A stretch of DNA of 64,000 nucleotides from Eledone cirrhosa (lineage: Eukaryota). Shown one piece after another: positions 28,756 through 45,980 of this stretch. How positions within the stretch are numbered: position 1 is the first letter of the stretch; each line of letters begins with the position of its first letter. The notes under the pieces were generated by a model. It had not been told where the DNA came from. It was given only the letters and a program-made list of their open reading frames with translations, and did not search any database. Position numbers and translations under genes: made by a program. The DNA lies in the NCBI GenBank assembly GCA_964016885.1, contig OZ024742.1:207328001-207392000 (forward strand), given 5' to 3'.

Positions 28756-29789
28756 TCATTATCTATAAAAGGCAGATTGTTGTTGTGTGTGTTGGTGTGC
28801 GTGCATGTTCCATGTTTATACATTTGCACAATTTCAAACGGTTTCGACTCAACGTGGGTAAGATTGTTGTAAATGGTCTAACTTAGGTCAACAACTATTT
28901 ATTTATTTCAAACTCCCCGACAATTACGGAAATAATCGATAAAAACTAAATACATGACGCTTTACCCATCAAATACAATCTGATTACCTCTCTCTACTCC
29001 CGTTAAAATTCAATAAAACTACATAGATGCTGCAACTTTCTCTTATATACGCTTAAACTTACAAACTTCCTTTAGGAACGTCGAAGAAAGAAGAGAGAAG
29101 AAATGAAAAAGAGAGAGAGAAGAGAGAGAAGAGTGTGAGAGAGAGAGAGAGAGAAGAGAGCGAAGAGTGTGTGTGAGAGAGAGAGATAGAGAGAGAACGT
29201 TTGTTTTTGAGTGTGGAACGGTCAAACATTTATTTACTTCAATGACAAAGAGAACTTATTACATTTCATACGAAACAACAATTATTCAAAAGGAACAGAT
29301 AAATTTATTCAACAACAAAAAAAAAATACCGATAAATCTTTTTAAAAACCTCTGTCAACGAACGTGGAAGAAAAAAGTATCAGTTTATTTACTATACACA
29401 ATAATATCCTCTATGAGGTCACTAAACCTGCTAGAAACAGCAGCTAACTCTCCCTCATATCACACCCTCCCTACTGTCTTAAATTTAGAAAACACACATT
29501 AGACAACCATGCAGAACAACTCCATCGCAGCTCTGTTGTTCGGCTGGCATCGTCTACGCGCGTGTTGCGCAAGTACTGTGAAACAATAAATTTCAACACT
29601 TTGCACAGAGATAATATCAATAGGCGAAACTACAATTGTCACTGCTGGCGCAGGTCCTGCTTCGGCAGTACGGGTCTGCAATTCATTCACCCAGTGCCTG
29701 ACAGACAAAAAAGTGCTGCCATAAAATGTGTGGTGCAACCTAACTTTGGTAACTTACTGACCCCGAGCAACGTCGGGCTTTAATGCTAG
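28756..29789 (+). mobile_element. Non-autonomous Helitron
   Basis: 5' A|TC start (28756 or 28762, followed by tataaaaggcag); 3' hairpin cccga-gcaacg-tcggg, then CTAG|T at 29786-29790; no TSD. Confidence 0.75.
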
Positions 29790-30020
29790 TATATATATAT
29801 CCACCAGCTCTATATGTTGACATATTGCCATGGGAGGGTGTATATATAAAGTAAGGGAACGTTGTAGTGGAGCGAGTTAATGTTTCAATAACGATTGCTA
29901 CATACAAATGCAGATGGAGTGATGAAGATGTGGTGTTTCGGTTAGATGTAGATTATAGCATTCAAATATATGAGATCAAAATTGATTTCATTCAACAGAT
30001 GTTGGTACACACACAAATAA

Positions 30021-30064
<44 letters not shown>

Positions 30065-30101
30065 TACACATACATACGCGCACACACACACGCCCCCCCC
30101 C

Positions 30102-30160
<59 letters not shown>

Positions 30161-32081
30161 CCACATACACCCTCACTCACTCATATATGTGGAGGGATAA
30201 CATATCCCTGTCTGCCCGATAACAATGAACATCTAATCCTAGTCGTCTGAACAACAAATATAATGAGAAATTCAACTCTCACAGTTTTTGTTATGACAAG
30301 GAAAGTATCCTCCAATCATGCTGATGCATATACAACACTCGAGAGGAGAACACTATTACATCATAAAAAGACTATATCGCACACTCAGTTCATACAAATG
30401 GGAAAAACAATTAGAAAGAGAAATAGCAGCAACATCAATAGCCTCACTTGCTCCAAACATTTTGCTGGGATGCAAAGCACCAAACAATAATTGCAGAAAG
30501 ACAGCAATTGCCATGTTCTGACTGATCTCTATTACTAAGCTACACTGTAGCTACCAGAAGACCCAACCGGTGTACGAGAGTAGACTAGACAGAAGAGAGA
30601 GTGTTATATGTCCAAAAAGCTACGCTACACCCCATACGATTCATCACTGTATGTCCGAGTAAGCAGTATTTTCTTTAGCAAGACAGTGATACAGTATAAC
30701 TGGAAAGATGGATCTGTCAGTGACGCCTCGTTGTCTGGGTGACTACATATTTGCCATAGAATTGCTCATTCAGGGATGTCCTGGGACAACACAAAAATAA
30801 CAATAAAATCAGCAACAGAACAACATATTCTCTCAACTGATCTCTTTTCAACAAACAACTATCTCGCTCAGTTAAATCACGTCAACTTGTTCTCTTTCCC
30901 TACATTAACAACGCATTATAAAAAAATATTTCAATTTTGATTGATTTAACTGATCATCTCTCCAGCTAACTTCACACTTGCTCCTCGCTGAGGTAAATTT
31001 TCACCGTATCAAAGCGTATGGACACCAAACCCTACCTCTGAAAACTACCTAAACGCCAATCTAATTATATTCCATTTTTATATTCTAACTGCGCTGTATA
31101 ATTTTACAGACGCAGACCCATTTCTGAGGACTGTTTTAAACCTGCTTCATATTCTATTGACTCTAGAGAAACAAAGGAATAACGAAGTCATGCCAAGGCA
31201 AGGAAGGCGCTTCTTTGCAACCGTTCGACATGCTAGAAACATCAACTAAATATACTTCAAATCTTTTATAAAAAGAAGGAAGGATTAGAGAGTGCAGTTA
31301 AAGATATATAAAAAAAAAGAGATGGTTACAGCTGGATTAGAAACAGCAGCAGCAACGACGACAACAACAGCAACAACACCACCATCATCATCATCATTAT
31401 CATCATCATCAACAATGTTGCTTGCTGGATTTGAAATCAGAATGTAGTGGGATTTAATGAAATACCACACGGAATTTATGTCCGACAATTATTTTAGTAT
31501 AGGGTTAATGGTTACGTTAATTAAATTACAAGTATATTTTACATACTACTGTGTTATTTGTTTTATATGCCATGAAATGTTCCCAATGGAAATTGATCTT
31601 CCAGCGAAGAGTGGTTCAGTGGAGTTAGAATAACAAACGGTACAATGAAATGTGGTACTTATGACCTCATGAACTCTTGAATTATGAGTCAGACATGCAA
31701 GTAAAAAGAAAAAAATCCACTTATATTCAAATCAAAGTCACCAGAAGCGATGTTTTCTATTTTCAGATCTGTAATTAAATTTGGAACATTTTCTCATACA
31801 ATTCAATCTTTCTGCCTTCTGATTAGTAAGTTATTTATCTTAATATTCTTTATTTCTTTTATTTTTTTTTACTTTTGCAATAAATTCCGAATAATTTACG
31901 AGGGATAAAGGCGGCGGATGGTTCAGTAAGTAAGGCATCAGACAAAATACCTTCCAGTATTTAATTACCTCCCTTTACATTCTCATTTCAAATCCTGCAG
32001 GGATGTGCATTTCGTTTCATCCTTACCGTTGAATATTTATCTGCTATCTCCCTTCTCTATACCCTCCTCTCAGCCACTTTG

Positions 32082-32115
<34 letters not shown>

Positions 32116-32117
<2 letters not shown>

Positions 32118-32375
32118 CTGGAGCGGCAACCGCTCTGTATAACCAGCTCTTAAATATTACTGAAATTCTATAAGAATCCAGCTTTATAACTCTCGGCAGA
32201 AGTGAAGGAGTGGATGGTCTTCATAAATGCTAACGAGTGAGAAACAGGGCAGTCGATTACTCTTCTTTGCTTTTGCCGAGAATATAGTCACTACTTTAAA
32301 ACTCATAGCGAATGGTCTTCAAAATGTTTTTAATTAAACCTACAGTTTATTGCCAAATATACCAAACATACATTC
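32116..32375 (+). mobile_element. Diverged monomer related to the 310-bp array unit; HHR core decayed
   Basis: Shares ggcaaccgctct, attctataag and atagcga..ggtcttcaaaatgttt with the unit; outer stem ctcggcagaag/cttttgccgag. Confidence 0.7.
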
Positions 32376-32390
32376 ACACACACACGCACA

Positions 32391-32558
<168 letters not shown>

Positions 32559-33454
32559 CAAATAACGAAACGAAATTAAATTTCGTTTCGTTTGTAACTC
32601 ACTTTTGTATGACTGACGCTTAAACAATTAAGTTAAAAATATACATCCACATATGTATACTGAAATACTAGAATAGCTGGACACTCACAGTAAAGTGACC
32701 AGTGAAAAACTCGGTACATCTACATATGTATACGTGTGTGTATTCATATGCATACTAGTATTTCAGTATACATATGTGGATGTACATTTTTAACTTAATT
32801 GTTTATATATATATATATATATATATAAACGAAAGACATTTAATTTAGACCATAAGTTCTCAGCTCATTTAGGCCAAACGAAATCACGAAACACCCCTAC
32901 CATATTTTTCCCTTTTTCAATATACGACTGATTTTGATATCAGTCGATTACTAAAAAATTGATTAACAATATTCCAAAGATACCATTGCAGAAAGCTGAG
33001 AGTATAAATACATTCCCTAAAAGGAAATATATAAATTTCAAAAAAAGGAACATAAATGTTCTTTTTTATGAAGAAGGACCATTTGAATTTGTTATATTCC
33101 CCCCAGATGATAGCAGCTATTTTGAAAATGTATACAAGAGCAAGCCTGTCTATCAAAAGCGTGCTCTCATATGGAGGAAAGTGGCAAAGCTTTCCAATTT
33201 TCCCTTTAATGAAACGGACAGAATAAATGTTGATATCTAACTTGATGTCCTCTCCGCTTTGTGAGCTTAGGGACCATGGAAGAGGGTTTTCATGACCACG
33301 GAAGAGGGTATATTTATTAGTAAACGGTAAAATATATACAACAAATGAGTAAGTGAATTATAGTAGATGGTTTCCAGTCCAGTCAGACTACAATTACAAA
33401 TAAAACAGTTTTTGTTTGCTTTGTAACAGTAGCATATCCAAGTTTTCGGATAAA

Positions 33455-34070
33455 TCAAATTACTTTAACTTTGTCCTCATTTGAATGGAACCCTCCAGCT
33501 TCATGGAGTCTAGCTAACTCTTTGACACGAGGCTGAATTTTCGTAAGATGTAGCCAGTTATCTCCCCGTGTAATTACATTGTAGCGATTGCGAGACTTAC
33601 TGTGCGGTCTCGAAACAGCACCAAACCTCCTCTCGACTAAGTATGAGCTTGGAAAAGGCAGAGCCAATCTCTTAGCCTCTGCATGTATGAGTGGAAATCG
33701 ACGCTGAATTTCTTCTTGCATCCAAAAAAGGGGTTCACCTATTTGGGAAATCTAATTTTGATCATGTCATCTGTTTCATGTTCAATGAATTATTCCTGAA
33801 ATTTAACGTCCAAATCGTCGACGGTGGCTATGAAGGGATCTGCTATCCACATTTGGATATCCATTGGCAAAAGGTCAACAAACCGTTCTCTCATGTTGTC
33901 TTGTAGCGCACAGAGGTGAGAGGTATACATTTGGTCATCGCTTACAATGTTTTGAACATTGGCAACACTAGCAAAATTATAGAATTCCCGTCAACAAAGA
34001 TTTCTTTCGATGACATTCACTTTGGCCAGCATCTCTTCTTGCTAATCTGTGGAGGAACTCACTGGATAGT
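33455..34070 (-). pseudogene. hAT (Buster/Charlie-like) transposase C-terminal relic
   Basis: LPFPSSYLVERRFGAV...KSRNRYNVITRGD..L.LTKIQP resembles the hAT dimerisation domain; cut off by the adjacent LINE. Confidence 0.75.
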
Positions 34071-34074
34071 GACT

Positions 34075-35785
34075 ATATTCCTGAAAACCTTGTCCCAGTC
34101 CGTTGTCTCAGTCTTCAAAAAGGGAAATAATCCCTTGCAGTGAACTACCGTCCGATCTCACCACCTCTTATATTATCAAGGTATTTGAGAGGGTGGTGAG
34201 ATCACGAATAACCCACTTTCTTGAAAGCAACGGCCTGCTGAACTCCAACCAGCATGGGTTCCGTAATGGAAGGGACTACCTAACGCAGCTCTTGCGTCAC
34301 TTTGACGATGTTTTACGAGCCTTGGGAGAGGGCTCCAACACTGATGTCATCTACCTTGATTTCAGCACGGCCTTTGAGAGGGTTGCTCATAAGATTCTAC
34401 TGAAAAAACTATCCAATATTGGTGTCTCTGGAAAGTTACTACAGTGGATCAAATGTTTCCTGGCAGACAGAACCCAAAATGTAGTCGAAGGAGTAAAATT
34501 AAGCCCTGCCAAAGTCAGCAGTGGCGTCCCACAAGGCACTGTGTTGGGCCCACTTCTTTTCATCATCTACATTAATGACATTACTGACATCATCAAGCAC
34601 AGCATCATAAGAATCTTCGCAGATGATTCCAAGCTCCAAAAGGTCATCAATGAGGTTGGTGACCGGACATGCCTTCAGCCAGACCTACTGGCTGTTATCC
34701 AATGGGCAGAAAAGAATAATATGATGTTGAATGAGGATAAGTTTGAATTAATCTACTTTGGAAAAAAGGATGCCCTGAAACTACCATACTCTCTTCCTTC
34801 GGGTGAACCTCTAGTGGCATCCAACAACATCAGAGACCTGGGAGTTATTGTGGATAACAAAATAAGCTGGGCCACTCATATAAACAGCAAAGTTGACATG
34901 ACCCGCAGAATGTGTTCCTGGATTCTCAGAACCTTCCAGTCGAGAGATATCCACACTGTTATCCTTCTCTTCTCCACTGTTGCTTGACCCCACCTTGAAT
35001 ATTATTGTCCACTGTGGTCTCCCCATACTAAACAAAGTATCATGAAAGTTGAAGCTCCCTAAAGTTCGATTACAAAAGAGATAGATGGCATGATAGGCCT
35101 TGACTATTGGGGTCGATTAGAAAAGTTAAAACTTTATTCTCTCCAACGTCGCCGTGATCGTTACATTATCTGTATGATGTGGAAAATATTCCATCAGCTT
35201 TGCCCAAATGATCTTGACATCATCTTTAATGTACACTGAAGGCTTGGGCCCCGTGCTATTTGCCCACGACAAAAACCCCACTCGCATCTCATAACAACAA
35301 TGCGGCACAATTATTTCACCTCAATTGGCCCTGCTCTCTTTAACATTACACCAAAACACATCAAAACAGAAACAGACCCCATCAAGTTCAAGAAGTCTTT
35401 GGACAAATTCCTTAAAACAATCCCGGATAAGCCTCCTACTCCCGGATATAACTCAGCAAACAATAACTCTCTGCTCGAGTGGGCCATGGTGTCCAAACCC
35501 TGATTTGTAAGACTTCACCAGGTGTTGTTATTAAGTTAGACATGCGGTGGATTGGCAGTATTGGTAGAGTGTCGGATGCCATGCTTTGGCACATAGAGTT
35601 ACGGCCCTTGCCATTCTGAGTTCAAATCCCGCCGAGGTTAACTTTGCCTTTCATCCTTACGGGGTCCATAAAATAAAGTACCAGTAATGTACTGGTAATT
35701 GCTGGCCTTGTGCCTAACGTAGAAACAGTTATTAAGTTAGACATGGCCTGGGTCAATACTGGCCGAAACCTATCAAAGTTATTAG
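34075..35785 (+). mobile_element. 5'-truncated CR1-group LINE (disrupted RT)
   Basis: NQHGFRNGR...DVIYLDFSTAF...SGVPQGTVLGPLLFIIYINDI...IFADDSKL...RDLGVIVD; C-terminus FKKSLDKFLKTIPDKP. Confidence 0.9.
35545..35727 (+). mobile_element. Nin/Deu-like SINE inserted in the LINE 3' UTR with an 18-bp TSD
   Basis: gttattaagttagacatg at 35527-35544 and 35728-35745. Confidence 0.92.
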
Positions 35786-36077
35786 GTACTGGACGAGCAG
35801 AACCTGAGGAATACCTAGTAATTCACAGCCATATATCGACCAAACACACGGAGAAGCGAAATAAAGCTATTTGAACATTCTTCTTCTAATTATAACTCTT
35901 TATATTTATCTGCGTACCATCTCTTAATTATTAGTCGTTATTATTACCTCTGCTATATGCATGTACATGGGTGTATGTGGGTACACGCAGCGATGAGCGT
36001 GTTCCTGCGATATATATAGACAGATGTATATCTGTTTATACGTGTATATGAGCGCGCACATAGGCATGTGCATGTAC

Positions 36078-37160
<1,083 letters not shown>

Positions 37161-37169
37161 TTTGGCTCC

Positions 37170-38590
37170 CTCGGTTGAGCACTCTATTGTTGTAGAAACA
37201 ACATCTGAATATTTCTACAAAGAACATACACGTACCTAACAGGAAAACATACCTAACACTGCTGACACAGAAAAAAGACGTGTTCATTAAAAGGTTGCGT
37301 TGGCGTGCCTTTTATTTCGATAATCAGGGAAAAGCGGACAACAAACAGGATAAATTTGAGTTTAAAACCGATAACAACCCTCCGAGTAACCCAGCATTGC
37401 TACCCTTCGAAAATGATGTTTTGGAACTCATACGGAGTATCAAATTTCGGAATAGGAGCAATTCCTTTCAGCTAGACATGAAGAATAGAATTCGTTCTAT
37501 TAAGGATTATAATGCCGACAAAACTGGCAATCTATATCAAGTAGAGCGCAGTACTTACCATCAACTGGTACATAATGCTGTAACTAAGGATTACCGTAAA
37601 ACTATATCGGAGCGTCATTAATGAAATCAACGATGCTGGGTTTAAAATCACCTCTGATCTCATATTCTGGACCGGCCTGAACATCTGGACCAATTTTCTC
37701 CCCACTTTACTCTGAAGGATCACAAATCCAATTTCCGGAGCAACCCCTCTATTCAGCTTATTAACCCTACGAAGTCCGATTTAGGTAGACTTAGTAAAAG
37801 GATTTTAGATAGAATTATACCTGATAAAAGTTTGGCCCCTCTTGCACTCTGGAACAATTCTTTCGCGGTGATTGATTGGTTCAACGACATATGCAACAAG
37901 GAACATTGCCGTTTTATCCAATTCGACATCAATAATTACTACTCCTCCATCACTTTACCACTTCTTCTTAGAGCTATCAATTTCGCTAAAACACTCAAAG
38001 GGGTTAAGGATTTCGAAGTTGATGTCATCCTCAATGCCCGTAAGTTGGTGATAAATTTTGACGACTCTATTTGGATTAAAAAATCTAATAGTACGCCATT
38101 CGACGTGAGTATGGGCGCCAGCGATTCTGCGGAGGTTACTGATCTTATCGGCCTTTTCCTTCTTTTCTCTATCAAGTAAGAATTCCCCAACGTGGGCGGT
38201 GGTTTGTACCATCATGACGGTCTTTTGACCATGACAAATTGCGGTCCACGTGCTTGCGACAGGTTCAGAAAAGAACTCACAGCCTTCTTTAAAGGCTTCA
38301 ATCTCTCCATACAGGTTGAGGACAACCTCTCGGTCGTTAATTACCTCGACTTGCACTACCCGTATAGAAAGCCGAATGATGCTCTTAATTACATAAGTAA
38401 GCATTCTAACCATCCTGCCAGCATAACAAGAACCTGGTAAGAAACGTTTCTCTGAGGCTTTCCCGTCTATCTACAAACCAGCATATTTTCACCGACCATT
38501 CCACATATTACAATGAAGCTCTTGCTAGGAGTGGATTTGTCGATAAGGTAGCATATACAGAGTATGAGAATAGACCTAGGAAAAATAGAT
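37170..38590 (+). pseudogene. Penelope-like element reverse transcriptase, frameshifted
   Basis: FIKRLRWRAF; ADKTGNLY; LKDHK..F.SNP...LINPTKSDLG; FIQFDINNYYSSI; FDVSMGASDSAEVTDLIGLFLL; GGLYHHDGL; PYRKPND...SNHP. Confidence 0.85.
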
Positions 38591-38592
38591 CC

Positions 38593-40498
38593 GACAGCAG
38601 GCATATGGGTCGGTAGTTCTTCAGATCTATCTATCGCCCTTCTTTTATAACAGGATGGCATTCGACTCTTTTCACTGCGAGGGTATTCTTCCCTCGTCCA
38701 GATAGTGTGTGAATTGCTCGGCGAGCATTTTCCAGAGCTGCTCTCCGCCTGACTTCAACACCTCCGATGTTATACCGTCTTTCCCAGGCGCCTTTCCACT
38801 TTTCATCAAGCCAGCGGCTCTTTGGACCTAACTGACAAGGCCGGGTGGCACATTTTCTTCCTGTTGGAGTGACGGCAACGGCTGCACATTCCCGGCAGAC
38901 TTGAAGAGCTCAGTGTAGAAGTCTTCGCAAACCTTTCCCTGCCTCACTCTTGTCGCTGACCGGTACTCCAGCTGTGTTCTTCAGGGTCGTCACCTTCGAA
39001 CTGCACATTGCCATGTCCTTCTCGCATTTCGTGAGGCTCTTCTTTTCCTCTGCGGCCTTCAGGAGCTTCTCCATCTGGTATGCCTCGAAGTCTCTCGTCA
39101 GTTGTTGACGTATCACTCTGCTGAGAAGGGAATATTCGAGGTGGTGTTCAGGTGTCCCCTTCATATTCTTCTGAAGCAACTTCATAGTTTCCTCCGAGAC
39201 TCTTCCCTTCTGCTCCCTCGGGCACACACCCTTAGCCTTCGTCACGCATTCCTTCAGTTTCCTTATCAGTAAGTTGTAGTCAGCGTCTCTGCCGTCTACC
39301 TGACGCCAGTTTTCCTGCATGATGGCTTCCTGCAGCTGCACCTCGTTGAAGACCCCGACGCGTTCTCCCTTCAAAGCCAAATGCAGCGCCTTCTTCTCCC
39401 TCGTCCGGTCGATGACGGCCTTCGCTCTCACCAGACGATGATCACTGCCAGCATTGAATGGCGTTATGACGGAGACGTCCTGTAGTATGCGTCGCTTGTC
39501 GACCAGGATGTAGTCGATCTCGATTCGGTGCTCAGAATTTCGGCGATACCCAGGTCCACCTCTTCTCCTCCTTCTTCCTGAATAGGCTGTTTCCGATGCA
39601 GAGCCGTCTTGCCTCCGCCATGGTGACCAGACGCTCTCCTCTCTCATTTCGCTCTCCTAGGCCGAATCTTCCGACATATTCTTCCCCTTGCCGTCCTTGT
39701 CCGACCTTTGCGTTGAAGTCTCCCATTACGACGGTGTAAATGGACTTCACAGCTAGCACTTTGTCTAGCTGGCGATAGAATTCTTCCACTTCATCATCGT
39801 TGCTGGCACTTGTGGGAGCGTAGCTCTGGATGACCTTGAGGGTGGCCTTCCCTGAGAGTTTCACGCTCAGTACACCAATCCGTGACGATATGAACTGAAA
39901 AGAAGCGACCTTCGAATCCCATTCCTTGCTTACGATGAACCCTATACCTCCGACCGATCTGGCACTCTCTGCTTTCCCGAGTCTCACGGCACATTCATCT
40001 TTCCATCGCGAACTCGCCTCCATCTTCTGGCGGGTCTCGCACAGCCTTAACACGTCGCACCTGATCTTCTTCTTCTCCTCTATTAGGTGGTTCAATTCTT
40101 GCCCCCATTCCAAATACCTGCAGTTGTAGGTGCATGTGGCAAGGTTAGTCATGTTCCATGGCGCTCTTCGGGAACCTGTGATTCTTAGCAGCCTCTCGTC
40201 GCTCGGGTTGCACTCCGCCGTCGTGGAGGGGCCCGATTGATGCGCAGGGTGCTGAGGCCCTTTTCTTCGTGCTGTTTTAGCCATAAGATGACGCCATCGC
40301 ACTGGGTGGGTGAGCAGGCTGGTACCTTTTCAGTTTAGCTAGCTTTTGAACTCTAGAAGATGAATCATCTCTAGGACCAATAGTCTGATACCTGTGTTGC
40401 ATGGTAAAACCTGCCAGGACATTGAGTCCACCTACCATAGTTATCAGACAGCCAGGGTCCCCACTGCGCACTTTTGAGGCACTGAAGTAGGATTTTGC
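38593..40498 (-). mobile_element. Second copy of the RTE family: 5'UTR, APE endonuclease and linker; RT missing
   Basis: TCTYNCR...LRLCETR...QSYAPT...VVMGDFNAKVG...EIDYILV...GSDHRLV; colinear with the 23086-26122 element. Confidence 0.9.
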
Positions 40499-40705
40499 CG
40501 AATATATATATATATATATATAATGTATAAAAATCAATACAATATAATTACCTCATTACCAGAGGTTTCCCGCCTCATTCGGGAAACCTCTGGTAATGAG
40601 GTAATTATATTGTATTGATTTTTATACATTAAATTTTGCTCTGATACTTACATAGAGCACTCTTCATTTCTATGACCTTTTCTGTTTCCAACGGAAATTT
40701 CAATA

Positions 40706-40771
<66 letters not shown>

Positions 40772-41305
40772 AAAATATTTGACAGTGACGGCACATTCGC
40801 TTAAAAATAATTTTCCAATAATTAAAATGTTCACAGACATGTATATAATGTAAAATGAAACTGGAAGGTCATTCTCACTTAAGAATATATTTTTAAAAGA
40901 TATTTTTTTAATCCTATTCACTTGAAAATAATTAAAAACATTTTTTTTTAATATTGTCTCTAAACAAAGCTAAATTATAAATACTTACTGTAAGAAGAAC
41001 TTGTATTTTCGAAATCAAATTCACTTAAAAATAATTCTAAATAATTAAAATATTCTGTAAAAGCAAAAATATAAACATTTACTGTAAAAACAACTCGTAT
41101 TTTTCAGTCATATTCACTTAAAAATGTTTGATGAAGGTACCCGGAAAAACCCCATATCTGGGGAACGCGTGCTTCGATTTACACGAAACTTGCTTTATTC
41201 CATTTATATTCCTATTTCAGTGTCAAAATTCGTTCAAAGTATTTTCCTATTATGCGTCCTTTTGGTTGTATTTCATTACAGACAAGCAAGCAAGCAACCA
41301 CAGAC

Positions 41306-41347
<42 letters not shown>

Positions 41348-41542
41348 GTGTGTTGTGTGTGTGTGTACGTGTGTGTGTCTATGTGTATGTATGTATATAT
41401 ATATATATATATATATAAATAATGAATCAAAACATCAAACCTGTTTAGAATTTTGTGTTTCTCAATAATTAAGCTCAATAGACTTTATCTAGAGCCATAA
41501 TAATCAAAGGAAAATATGTGTATATATGTATGTATGTATGTG

Positions 41543-43038
<1,496 letters not shown>

Positions 43039-44471
43039 TCCCACCCCAGACCCCTACCCAATCTCCACCCTCCACCTCACCCCTCACCACACCCCCCTCC
43101 TCCTTCGCGCACCCAAACCCCACCACCTGTTGTCACCATACCACCTGACCTCCCCCTCTCCGCAACTGAGCGCTCTCTCCTCAGTAGAGGCCTTCGCTTC
43201 ATACCCCACACTCCGCACAGCGACGTGTTCAAGCATCCTACCAGCACTGACCCCCCACTAACACACCCGCATTCACCCTTTCCCCACCACAAGTATACTA
43301 ACACCCACTAACACCCTCAATCACCACACACACACACTCATCCAAACACGCACACACACACCAATACACTACACTCCCTCCACCGGCACCCACACCTTTT
43401 ACTCCCTCTCCCCGCTCCACCCAAACCCCTTCACACACACACATCCCACTAACACCTCTACAAATACACCCCCCGCACGACCGCCTCCCCACTCCACCTA
43501 CCCATCCTCTTCCCTGTCCACTGAATCTCCGCACACCCTGACACACTGACTTTCTCCACCTGCCATTCTCCTCTACTGCTGCTATGCCGTGACCCTCTGA
43601 CCACTTCTCCGCACACACAGACACACAGCCCTCTCCACCTGTCATTCTCATCTACCCTCCTCCTGCTTTGACTCTCTGACCACTTCCTGTTGCGCGCGCA
43701 CCCCACATATCCCCTCTTCCGACCAACACAACCACGGATTACACACCATTGGCCATCGTTCCCACTATTAATTTCATCACATGGAAAATATCCGGCACCT
43801 CACCTCACCCTCTACGGAACTACCTTTGGAACTTACCCACGGACAAACACTCAGAAAAATGTTTTTCGAACCACGCCACCTACATCCACAAAACCTATAA
43901 ACACCACACACACGTGCGTACCCCCACATATATACACACTCAGCCTCCGGGATCCTATCCCCCACCCCCACCCCTCAGACCCTTCCCCATCCACACGCGC
44001 ACGCACACACCGACCTACACCCCACCCCACACACATTTTCCTGAACATGGAACCTCGTTCTTCCCCCAACTCTCACATTCACATACACACACACACACGT
44101 ACACCTACACACATACACCACCTTCAGCCCTTCCCTCTAGGACATCCCGTCTCCCTCTCCACACCCCACCCGCCACTACCCCTACACGCTTCACACCCTT
44201 CCACCACTTGTTTATCTTCATGTTTATTTTTATTTTTATTTAAATTTTTTTTTTATTTGTACTCCTTCCACCGTTTATCCTCCCTTTCCTCTCCCCCTTT
44301 TTTCTAAATGTCTCTCCTCCACTCCCCTACACACCCACTGAACTCTCTTCCCACCCACTTTTCGCCTGAATAAGGGCTTATGCCCGAAACGTCCCCCCCT
44401 CTACTCTCATGAGCGTGAAACTAATAAACCTTTATTCGTACTGCCTCTCTGTTTTGTTCTCTTTCCATTTT

Positions 44472-44525
<54 letters not shown>

Positions 44526-45289
44526 GGAAAACGTATGACCCCGACGGCAGAGCTCAAGCCGTTTCGACGGCTATTTCTCGACTAAGTTACAATTTTTAAC
44601 CTGGTGAATAAATAGCCGAACGTTTTAAGGGGATGCTTCCTTATATGGGAAGATTGTAGTTGCCAAGAGGATTGGTTAAAACTTGTTATAAACACAAATA
44701 AGTCTATCATGGCATTTGGTAGAATGTAGGGGAGTGAGTGGAGCGGTCAAGCGTTGAAAGTGATATGTATACAGCAGATTCTAAGGATAGTGTATGAAGT
44801 GGAAGAGGGAGGTTATAGAATAGGTAAATCGAATGAGAGTAGGAGACAATAAAAGATAATAGAAAGAAATAAAAAACTATATAAAATTAGATAGTGAGAA
44901 ATGAATAAAAAAATCACAATGCTATCTTCCAATTACAGGTTAATAAGTTGAGAATAGAAAAAAACTTGTAGAAAAAACTTCTAGTACCAGAACTGATACA
45001 TAATTAAAGGGGTTTAACACGTCTTCTATAAGTAGTTAGTAAAACGTATTAGGCCAATTCTATCTTAAAATTACAGGGGTGGGGAACTGATGCTACAGCG
45101 GCCCGATGGGCTGCATCGTGGTAGGCGAAGGGGAAAAGCAGACAAGGAAGAAAATAGGAGGTGGACGGAAGTGATAGGATGAGGCAGGGGAAGAAGACAA
45201 AGAGGAAAAGAAAAGAGATACATCTACTTACGTAAGCTGGGGTTTCCCCTAACTTATTCGGCAAGTAGGGAGGTATAAGCCCTTATATA

Positions 45290-45980
45290 CCCACCCGGGT
45301 CATTATGGGGTTTGAGGGTGAGGTAAGTCCTACGCAATCTGTGTTTGCATGCGGTTACCAGTTCCTCTTTCTTGTTTAGGAGTTGGTCCTTCGAAAACAG
45401 AATTTGTAATATTTCCTCCGAGCATAAGTTAAACGGACCGCGTTCTCCCGTGTAAGAGTTAGCTTTGGACAGTAAGCTCCAAGTGAGATTTTAGGCTATA
45501 TTATTATCTTGGAGGTCCCAGATGTGGCCCGAAAGTGTAGTGGCATGTCGCCGGACCGAGTTTCGGAAAGTATGTCGATCTTGGTAGAGCCGGGTCTTGA
45601 AGTCACACGCGGTTAATCCTATATAAGCTTTGTTGGAGGTGTCCGTCCTCACGTTACACTGGTAGATCACGTTACGTTCTCGGCATTTGTTGTTGAGGGG
45701 GCACATAGATCTATCAGGGCAGTTACACCTCCTGGTCGGCTCTCCACTGATGTCTAGGTTATTTCTTCCATACGGTTTGAGTTGTTTGTTCTTTGAGGAG
45801 ACGATGTTTTGTGCGAAGTTAGGTGTGGTGCTGTAGGGGAGTTTGATGGTGTTTTTGTTGATTATGTTGTGTTAGCGGTGTTGTAGTGGGAGTATTTTTC
45901 GAGGAGTCTAAAGAAGATTTTCCCGATAGGTGGTGCCACCTCGGCATTATGGGGAGGATTGAACCACTTTACGTTGCGTA
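45290..45980 (-). pseudogene. PLE GIY-YIG endonuclease relic
   Basis: CPLNNKCRERNVIYQCNV...AYIGLTACDFKTRLYQDRHTFR...TTLSGHIWDLQDNN. Confidence 0.8.

Noticed and set aside
30240-31100. Possible very old LINE relic (also ~61950-62400)
   Set aside because: Only faint motif resemblance; not supportable without a profile search.
32959-33240. 93-aa ORF as an exon or transposase piece
   Set aside because: No recognisable motif or splice support.
43020-44470. Pro/His/Thr-rich ORFs as a host gene
   Set aside because: C/A-skewed low-complexity tract, probably a decayed PLE 3' region; the CTGAATA-agggc ttat gccc-GAAACGTC motif at ~44366 lacks stem I and is not called a ribozyme.
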